From Setoptus koraiensis (Eukaryota > Animalia > Arthropoda), in assembly GCA_048013815.1 (NCBI GenBank), contig CM106586.1, forward strand, positions 20,150,001 through 20,214,000: a stretch of 64,000 bases of DNA, in the 5' to 3' direction. Below are positions 49,888-58,570 of this stretch, piece by piece. A program made the translations under genes and the position numbers. A model generated the notes under the pieces. The model did not search any database and was not told the DNA's origin. It saw nothing but the letters and a program-made list of their open reading frames with translations. Position 1 is the first letter of the stretch, and every line of letters begins with the position of its first letter.

Positions 49888-50580
49888 GCTTGCCGGGCTC
49901 GGTTGCGAGCGAAAAGTTTACACGAGCCCCAAATGATCTGCATCTATGTGCGTGTTTTACTTTTTTGGCGCCCTCTCGACTCGCTCTGATCATCAGAGTC
50001 CGATGAGCAAACTACAAAACTGCCTCAATCAGCGAGCTGTTTTTGGGGCGCCTCGGCGGGCTGTTATCGGCGGGCTGTTTGCGTTGGCGATTGTTGTTGT
50101 TGCAAGCCGAGCGGCATTGTTAATAATGGCCCCTAATAGTGGCTCGATCGCAAAACGGATTCAACGCGTCACAACAGATTCAACGGGCCAGATAAGACGC
50201 GCAAGTTATGAATTAACTGCCGGGCGCAGTCAATGAGCGCCGCCAGCCCACGGATAATCTATCAAGTGACACTGGATGCTGGCGGCGTGTCAGTTGCCAT
50301 TTGCAACGGTGCACTTGTTATGGGGCCCCTCACGCACAGCGATGAGGTCCCTGCGAGATGGCGCCATGCTGCCAGTGCGACTTTGCTGCGATAGGCGATA
50401 CTCTAACGGAATTTGGCTGAGATTTATCGATCGATACAGCAAATTATAGTTTTTTCTCTCTCTCTGACTTTTGCCCCACTCACGTCTAATCTGTGCCTCT
50501 GTCTTGGAACTTTGTCCTGGAACTTTGCCCTGGAACAACCGACGGCGACGGCGACCACGACCACATAAATCACGGAGCAG

Positions 50581-50646
50581 CTCACCCAGGAGGCCCGAGG
50601 CCCGGCTCATCAAGCGGGTGATCGCGTTGCCCGGCGACACCGTACA
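50581..50646 (+). CDS. IMMP2L: IMP2 exon carrying the catalytic Lys (LIKRVIALPGDTV)
   Basis: Acceptor GAGCAG ends at 50580 and donor GTAAGT starts at 50647; 66 nt, phase 2 to phase 2. Confidence 0.92.
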
Positions 50647-51417
50647 GTAAGTGACAACGCCATCGAAACGAGATAAACAAACAACCAAAGATTCAAATGA
50701 GCCCAATGATGAAACTGCCAAGTGGCCCAAAACGAGTCTTATAGCTACAACAAGAACGCGTTACGTAATACGTATGACAGATGGTGTTTATGTTGATAGT
50801 GGTTAACATATGTAAAGATCACAACAGATTGATTTGTTCTAGTTTTAGTTTGCCTTGTCTATATCACTAATTGCGTCATCACTCACAAGTCAAACTCGCT
50901 TCGATTAATTATTAATTAATAATTATTAATACTGTGTCTATATTCAAATTCGAATTCCTATTCAAATTTGCATTCAAATTTATGCTCTAATTGAAGTGTC
51001 GTCCAGGAGGCCAGAAGCGTCACCATTGATGCGGGCCACTGTTGGGTCGAAAGCGACAATCAGCTGCCATTGAGCGTCCAGCGCGAAGACTCAAATCTCT
51101 TCGGACAGGTGAGTTGACACAAATTTTCGGCCTCTTTTTTTTTGAAAATTTTTCATCACAATCACGACAATAATTACACATTTGCCAGTTTGTTGCCGCT
51201 CGTCTCAATTGTGCATCATTATGGATTCCGTGGCGCGCAGATTCCGCTTGGTCTCATAACAGCGCGCGCCTCCTATGTGGTGTGGCCGCCCCACCGGATT
51301 GGTCCCGTGAAACGCGATCCTATGGCGCCCTTCAGGTCACTCAAAACAACACCCGTCAGCCCCTATAGAGACGATCCCCCGGACGAGCCAATCGGCAAGC
51401 AGCAAAGGTCCGCCTGA
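50581..51417 (+). CDS. IMMP2L: Mitochondrial inner membrane protease subunit 2 (IMP2, peptidase S26), 3' three exons; 5' exons not found in window
   Basis: Manual splicing gives exons 50581-50646 (66 nt, CAG/GTAAGT), 50997-51108 (112 nt, AAG/GTGAGT) and 51241-51417 (CAG, stop TGA). Spliced product: SPRRPEARLIKRVIALPGDTVHVVQEARSVTIDAGHCWVESDNQLPLSVQREDSNLFGQIPLGLITARASYVVWPPHRIGPVKR...*. IKRVIAL..D (catalytic Lys box), GHxWVExD, DSNxFG and WPPxR are S26/IMP2 hallmarks; DSN and WPP favour IMP2 over IMP1. Intron phases 2/2/0 and the 66-nt exon match my recollection of human IMMP2L exons 4-6. Confidence 0.93.
50997..51108 (+). CDS. IMMP2L: IMP2 exon (GHCWVESDN...EDSNLFGQ)
   Basis: Donor CAG|GTGAGT at 51109. 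The phase-compatible acceptor CTAATTGAAG ending at 50996 best preserves spacing to homologues; an alternative in-phase AG ending at 51014 is possible. Confidence 0.88.
51241..51417 (+). CDS. IMMP2L: IMP2 terminal exon (IPLGLITARASYVVWPPHRIG...)
   Basis: Acceptor GCGCAG ends at 51240; phase 0; 58 codons plus TGA; lies within ORF 51142..51417. Confidence 0.9.
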   Translation: MPLGLITARASYVVWPPHRIGPVKRDPMAPFRSLKTTPVSPYRDDPPDEPIGKQQRSA

Positions 51418-51504
51418 TACCCTATCCATCTCCAATATCGCGGCCATTTATCCTGGCTCTGACGGCGTGTTGCGCCGCCTTGTGGCCGAATTTGCGCCAG
51501 TCTC

Positions 51505-51510
51505 AATAAA
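51505..51510 (+). terminator. Polyadenylation signal AATAAA for IMP2
   Basis: AATAAA lies about 90 nt after the IMP2 stop codon. Its use is inferred. Confidence 0.55.
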
Positions 51511-51561
51511 AAGTCTCCTCGTTTTATCTCAATATTGGCTCCTCATTCTCGGAATTGTTGC

Positions 51562-52294
51562 CTACTCCAGCTTGATCCATCTGTCTATCGAGTACTCCAA
51601 GGCGGCTATCCATCTGTTGTTGGAATGCGGGGAGAGTTGGCAACGAGTTAGTCGATTTATGTCGGGTTTAGTTTACTTTACCCGACGGTTGGTTTGTTTT
51701 GTTTGCACCCCCCGAGCTTGTTTACCTTTTCTTGTCCATTTCGGTGTCGGCCATCAGATAGGTTGATCGAATGCGCTTATCTGGTGGCTGCATTTCGAAC
51801 GTGTTCTTTCTGTCCTTCATTTGTTTGTTCCGGATCTTGTAGCCTTGCAAATAAAAGACCCCTGCGCCGATATTCATATAAATAAACGGATATATAGTCA
51901 ACAATAATACAGCCAGCGAGAGCAAAACAAAAATATTCAATTATTCAATTAGTTGGTCGCCGATATTTCATTTTATTTCTCAGCTATTTGTGGTTATTTA
52001 TCTGATATTTTTTTTTCTTATTCACGAATTGGCTGAAAAATAACAGAGGGCCCCTTTATTTGTTTTTAGTCATTTCAGTAGGGCCATTTTAGTTCGGCCT
52101 CACTCACCTAGGGCACACGGCGCCTCCTTGTTTGAATAGAAATACAAACAGGCGTCCTTGAGCACGAAATACAAACAGCGCCACTGGTTTTTCTTTTGAT
52201 TGAGCTTGTGTAAGGCGCCAAAACAATCTGGTTCGGCTATTTGCATAGGACTGGTATGGATGAGCACCAGCGATCGCTTCATGTAGGGGTCGTT
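51562..52294 (-). CDS. PH domain 2 exons (52294-52108, 51861-51726, 51613-51562)
   Basis: WRCLYFVLKDACLYFY, LGVFYLQGY, FEMQPP and the invariant helix Trp in RWIAAL; stop TAG at 51564-51562. Confidence 0.9.
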
Positions 52295-55200
52295 CTGAGT
52301 ATTGCAGTGGTTTGTTAGAGAAAGATTGTTGTTTGAGAGAGACCGTTGTTAGAAAAGTGAATGCAAACAAGGCGAAATGACTTTGCCATCGGCCCCAGTT
52401 GGCTTGTTGCCCGAGCGCGACTGCCGAGCAACTCCAAATCGTGGGCTAACTCACCTGATTGGCCTCGGTGGCCGCCTGGTTGATGCTGTCTATCCAGGTC
52501 TGACAATCAAGCAAACTGTTAGTGCCCAGATATTGCGCCTGGCCGCCATATTTCACCAATCTGATCACATATTTCACTTCTTCGAACTCGTTGGTTAGTG
52601 TGGCGCTGTAGCCCTGCAGGCTGATGCCACCTAGCGGTTCAATGTCCTAAACACAATGTAAAAATCGACAGTGGGAGCAACTTTTAGTTTGTTGTGCAAA
52701 CTCAAAAGAATGCAAATGGCCCTGATTGACTTGATATCATATTACGGCTTATGACGGATATGATATTACGTGTCATGACGGATATGATATTGCGTCGAGT
52801 AAACGACGTGATATAAGGCCAAATCGAAGCATTAAATATGAATAGATAACTCACCGATTCGCGCTTGAACCAGTAGAGGCAACAATCGTTGCGCAACACC
52901 ACATAGCGCTTCCGCCAGGCCGTCTGATTGGCCTTGGCCTTGCTGACCGACTGCATTCGCGGGCCGCTGTTGTCCTCAACGGCGTGTTGATCTCCTCTTG
53001 TGCGGCCACTGTTGCCCGCTGTCGAGCAGAGTCGCACCAGGAAACCGGAAATGGTCGGCTGGTACCTGTCGTGAGCGGACGCTGTTTCTTTGGCGCTGGC
53101 CATGGCCGCCGATTGTCTCAGCTCTAAAAACTCGTTCGTGGGCACAAGATCCAAAGCGAGCGTCGACGATTCTGCTTCACGTGCGAATAGAGCAGAGAAG
53201 CGGTCAGTAAATAATAATAATATCACATTCATATGATACGTGAATGTATGCATTTGCACATTCACATGCAAATATCCAAACATGCATATGTAGATTTATT
53301 CACGCGTGAATACTTACCGCTGTGCGCCAAATTGACCACCTCGCTGTGGGGCATATCCAGAATGTTGATGCCGTTGATGGCGCAAATGAGATCGCCCACC
53401 TGAAGACCGCACGTTTCCGCCGAGGTTCCCCGCTCGATGGCGCTCACAACAACGGGCCGCGAGCCGTGTATCCTAAAGCCAAATTCGCCGTTACTTCTCA
53501 GTATTTCCACCCGCTTCTCAATTTTAAATTTGTTGGCCATTATGCGCTTGTACATCTCAATTGTGGCCCGGCGGTGTATCATTTTGCGCGTCGTCGATTT
53601 GAACTGATTGTGAAACTGTCGCTCGCTACTGGTGCTCCTGTCGTCCTCCTCCGACTCGCTGTCCGCCGGATCCGGCCCGGCCGCCGCTCCGGACCCGTAG
53701 GGCGCCATGTCGATGGCCCGACGCCATATTTCGGCCTCCTCGTGCCCGCTTATGTAGATCCAGTGCGACAGCCAATAATTTTCATTGTGCACGCCCTCGT
53801 CCTCGTCGCCCGTCTCCTCTTTGCCGTTGGTGGTGGTGTTACTATCACTTCCGGTCAGCTGACCACTCGGTTCGCCGAGCTCGCGGCTCGACGACGGGCA
53901 GCCAGCTGGGTCAGAGGCCGACGTGGAGCTACTTCCGGTGCCCCTTTGTTCCTCTTGGCTGCTGGCGGTTTGGTTTTGGCGCGCCGCGGTCCTCTCGTTG
54001 GCCGTGGCGAGCCCGTCGACCGCCTTGGGCGTCCTTGCCGAGCGCACTTCTCCCCCTGTGCCGGCAGCGCCACCTATGCTCGCCGCAGACTGCGACGACG
54101 ACATGTCTTGCTCGGGTGGCGCCCTCAGCGGCGCGCCGCCCGGTTGCGGTTGTGCCGTCGGGCCGGCTACCCTGTGATACTGCTGAGGCTGTTGCGGCTG
54201 CTGCGCGTTATGATGCCGATGATGATCTTGGTGCGGGTTTTGGGGCGTGTCAACCAGACTGTCCGTCATGAGGAGCGAATTGTCTTGGTCGTTGTCAATG
54301 TTCTGACAGGAACAACTGGAACAGATGGATCCCGTTGCGGTGCTAGTGACGCTGCCCGCTTGCGCCATCTGGAGCCGGCGCTGGTGAGCGGCGCCACTTG
54401 CTGAGCCGGCGCTGTCGGCATGTTGTGGCTGCTGACAAGTATGTCCCGCGCGGTTTGCGCCGGGACTCGCGTGCGGCGACCCGACGGGCGGGCTGCTCGC
54501 TACCGGCTGAGCGGAACGGTTTTTGTGGCGTCGCTTGACCGTGTTGGATCTACTCTCGTGGTCATCGTCCACCTCCATAGAGTCCGCAAACTCCACCTGG
54601 CCCGCGCCCTGTTCCGCGTGCGGCTGCTGCCGGGCCTGTTGCTGCTGATCTACGCTACCCTGCGACAGTTGACCGTGGTGCTTCGACAGATGGCGCAATA
54701 TAGCGTCGGTTGTGGATTCAGTTGAGCTGTTTGGCGTTTCCGACAAACACTTGCCCGACAATTTGGGCGCGCCGCCGCTGTCGCCTGACCGCTGTCTAAC
54801 TGTCTGATTGTGGTCCGCTTCAGACGGCACTGGTCGCTGCTGACCGCCGGACACTTCCGGCGGTGGCGGCGGCAGCGGCTTGTAACGTTGTTCCGCGGCA
54901 TTTCCGGTGGCGGCTTGTGACTGGTCGGCGCTGTGATTGAGCGTCGCCTTGCTCAGTTTGCGCCTCTTGTTGTCGTGCGACTCCTCCAGGCTCGATTCTC
55001 TCGGCTGACCGGACAGCGGCGCGGTTTGCGCCGGGTGCTGGCGCTGATCCGCCGAACAGGTGGTCTTGGTTGTTGTGGTGCCGTTCGCCGCGCTCTGGCG
55101 CGTTATCGTCTGACTGGGGGCTCCGTGGGCGCCCTTGATAACGGTTTGTGTCACTATGACGCCCCTGTTGCTAATGCTTATGGACGACTCCTCGTCGTCG

Positions 55201-57899
55201 GACAACTCGTTTCCGTCCGGCCCGTCGTCCGCGCTCGCTCTATGGCTGGGCGGCTGCTGCTGCTGCTCCTGTTGCTCCGGCCCGAGATCCGCCGCTGTTG
55301 TCAGCGGCGCCAACTCCAGGCCAGTTTCGTAGGCCTCCGGCGGCGCGATAACATTGAGCTCGTCGTCAATGGGATCCTCGCCCTCGTCGTCGAGAGCGTC
55401 GATTGTGTCGTCGTGCCCGCGTGCCGCAAACAATTGATGCGTTGTGGGCGCCGACGGAAACGACGCCGCACCGTCCGACACGCACAAGTCGGGAGCCGCG
55501 GCCGCGTCCGAATCAGCGGCCGCTTCGCCCGGCGGCGTGTCCAAAGCTTGAGCCGACGACTGTTTGGGGCGCACATTGTCGCCAGAGGGCTCGTGGCACT
55601 TGCTTGCCGACTCTGCGCTGTCGGCCCGCATCAGCTCGGGCCCCAATTCGGGCTCGGGCAAGTCGGTCACCGAGAACACCTGATTGGCTGCGGACAATTC
55701 TTGGCGCTGCTGATCCGTTAGATGGTGCGAGTGTCCCGTGAGAGAGAATTCGCTCTTGACGAGATCCTGTTCGGTGAGCGCAAACTCGGAATGCTGCGGC
55801 GAGTCGGGCAAGCCGGCCGCCGACGACCAGCCGGCCTGATTGTGTCTCGTCTGACCGTCCCAGTGTCCGTCCAAATTTGCGCCCGCCGCCGGCCCGCTGC
55901 CGTCCACATAAACGACACACCTATTCTGGCCGGCGGCATTGGCGGGCTGCTGCTGCAAATTGGTCATGGTTAGGCCCGGCGAACCGTTATAAGTGTCGGG
56001 TGTGTCTATGGTTGTTGTTGTGGGTGCGCTACTTCCGCTCGTGGTGGTGGTGGTGGTGGCGGTTTTCGTCTGGGAATAGGTGCGCTGTCCGTTGTCGCCC
56101 GTTGTCGTGCTGGGCTGCTGGTTGACAGTTGACAGCTCCTGATCAATGTCCAGCGACACCGAGGCCGCACTCAACAGCTGACCGGCCATATTTGGGGCGC
56201 CGGTGCGCGAGCACGAGCTGAGTTCGGCAAGCTTACCGGCGATTTGCCTAGCCGCAGTGGCTGCCGCCGCCGCCTGGTGGCCAGCGGCGCCACTTGTCTG
56301 ATCTGTTGCTCGTGCAGCCAGCAAGTCTGCCGGTTGTTGTGGACGCGATTCGCTGCTTATTTCTTCGCTCACTTCGCTAACTGTGGACAGCTCCAACGAG
56401 TTGCGCCTGTTGTTTGCGGCCGCTTCCGGTCCGAGCTCGGTTGTCTCGCCCGACATGCTGGACGCGGATGGGGCGGCGGCGCGACCGCGTGGCCCGACTC
56501 CGCCCGACACCTGATACGAGGCCGACGAGGTCGGGTCGCTGGTCGTCGTAGGCTCCGTTGTTGTTGTTGTTGTGTTTGTGTTCGTTGCGGTGTGCTCTCC
56601 GCCTGCACTTCCGGTGCTGCGAGCACTCAATGTTTGTTGGTGGGCCAGCTGAGCGTCGTCGGGGGCAGTTGTTGTGGTTGTGCTTGTTGTTGTTGTTGTA
56701 GACACTGTCGTGTTGGAATGCAGCGGCGACTGGTCATCGGCAGTGTCATCGTGAAGCTGCATTACGCAATCATTTGTGCCGCCCGTATTAACATACAAAC
56801 TGCTGCTGAATGATACAGGTGAGCTCACCATTGCGCTCATTACGTCGTCTTGTTGTTGCTCACCTGGCGCTGTGGTGAGTTGCTGTTGCGTAAGAATGGC
56901 GTCGTCGCAATCGTTGGCCGTGTTTGTTGACGACAGCGAGTCGTGCTGTTGTTGTTGCTCTTGTTGTTGTTGTTGTTGTTGTTGTTGCAGGGTGCAGATC
57001 GGATGATAGTCCAGTCGCATGTCGTTGTCTTCGTCCTCCTCTAGCCACATCCGGTTGTCAGTGACGCCGCCCTGCATTGGTGGCCGTGTCACGGGCAACT
57101 GCTGTTGACCGCCACCTGTTGCAGACATCACTTGCCTTTCGAGAAAATATCTACTTCCGGTTTTGCTTCCCATACCGCCAGCGGGCGCTGCTGTCTCGTG
57201 TTCGTCGTTCGTTTCAATGACGGTCTCAGCGTCTGAGGCCTCTAGCGGATTTGAGTTAGTTTCGGAGCTGTAGCCTTGCTGCACTTGCGAGTCGCCGTCC
57301 ACGTGCCTTTGCAACGACGGTGCCCTAACTCTGTTGTCGTTGCCATGACGACGTGATTCACCTGTCACCGTATGCAACTGCGGCTGCTGCTGCTGCTGCG
57401 GTAACGGTTGCGTAACATCCAAGTCACCTGGCGCAGTCAGCTGTTCTTCCTGTTGCGCCTGTGCTGTCAGCTGTGCCGTCTGATACAAATTGGGCCCGGT
57501 CAGCTGTTCGGGCATGACAAAGTCGTCCTCAATGGTGGCCTGGCTAGCCGCGCAAATCCGTCCGTATTTGGGTGCCCGCCTCGACTGGCCGCCTGGCTGC
57601 GCGGACGTTGCAACCGTCGACTGACTGCTTTCCGTTCGGTCGATGGACATTTGTTTTGGATCAGCTGGCGCCCTCGGCGGGCCGCTTTCCCGTTGTCGGC
57701 CCGTATCGCCGTCACCCTGGTAATCCTGGTACTCTTCCTCCTCTGTGGTGGTGGTTAGACAGGCGCCCGAACTGGACGAAGAGGCGCGCCTGAGCAGGGC
57801 CGGGCTAGTTTTCGGCGGGCCGGCTGGGTCTCCTTGAAGGGTATCGGTCTGACTTGAGATAGATTCTTGTGTACAGATGGCGCCACCCTCGTTGGATAT
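51562..57899 (-). CDS. PDZ + tandem PH domain protein (about 1820 aa from the first visible acceptor; 5'-incomplete)
   Basis: Exons 57899-53318 (4582 nt), 53171-52855, 52646-52455, 52294-52108, 51861-51726 and 51613-51562 all have GT-AG boundaries with compatible phases (0/1/0/0/1/2). The total of 5466 nt is 1822 codons ending RWIAALEYSIDRWIKLE*. PDZ: GEFGFRIHGSRPVVVSAIERGTSAETCGLQVGDLICAINGINILDMPHSEVV. PH1: ISGFLVRL...WRKRYVVLRNDCCLYWFK...WIDSINQA. PH2: PDCFGALHKLNQKKNQWRCLYFVLKDACLYFY...RWIAAL. I do not recognise a gene symbol. Confidence 0.9.
52455..53171 (-). CDS. PH domain 1 exons (53171-52855, 52646-52455)
   Basis: W(R)KRYVVL, CLYWFK, LGGISLQGY and the C-terminal helix CQTWIDSINQAA; canonical splice sites. 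Confidence 0.88.
53318..57899 (-). CDS. 4.58-kb exon: low-complexity/disordered N-terminus plus most of the PDZ domain
   Basis: ORF 53262..57965. Acceptor TCTCTCTCGCTCTCCCTC...TGCAG at 57900 and donor G|GTAAGT at 53317. Rich in Q, T, S, A and D runs; PDZ at about 53520-53318. Confidence 0.88.
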
Positions 57900-58360
57900 C
57901 TGCACATTATATATATAGAGGGAGAGCGAGAGAGATAACGGAATAACGCTTAGATTGGCGGGCAAAAGCAGAGTTATACAACAATGGACATTATATTTTT
58001 TTGAGCGGCTTTGGTTTGCAATGGGAGCCTGGTTAGGGACTGGGATTTGAAGTGGCGAGATGGAGGCCAGAGAATATGCGACGTAAATCGCCGGGCAAAT
58101 GGGCAGAGAAGGGCCATTATGCAGTTGACAATCACAGGTGAATAGCTGGCTCCATTATCGTCTAATGCGGAACGTGGGGCCCCGACGGTGCGCGTTCGCG
58201 GCGCCAATTATGCTGGCTGCGTTGTGTGCCAATTATGTGGGCCCCATTGTATTGTGTTCTGGCTGTTATTATTAGCATGCGTTTGTTGGTGTGTGTGTGT
58301 GTGTGTGTGTGTGTGTGCATATCGGAATAAATATCGGCAGCAGCGTCGCCGATATTGCCC

Positions 58361-58570
58361 CAGCAGCAACAACAACAGCAGCAGCAGCAGCAGCAACAAC
58401 AACAACAGCAGCAACAACAGCAGCAGCAACAACGGCAACAACAACAGCAGCAGCAACAACGGCAACAACAACGGCAACAACAACGGCAACAACAACAGCA
58501 ACAACAGCAGCAACAACGGCGGCGACGACGCCAGCGACGACAGCGGCAACGAGGCCAACGACGACGCGCA
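58361..58570. repeat. (CAA/CAG/CGG)n compound microsatellite
   Basis: Directly visible; lies upstream of the large minus-strand exon. Confidence 0.93.

Noticed and set aside
50290-50730. 146-aa minus-strand ORF
   Set aside because: Antisense to the IMP2 66-nt exon and its splice signals.
53322-54404. 360-aa plus-strand ORF
   Set aside because: Antisense shadow of the GC-rich PDZ exon; no domain features.
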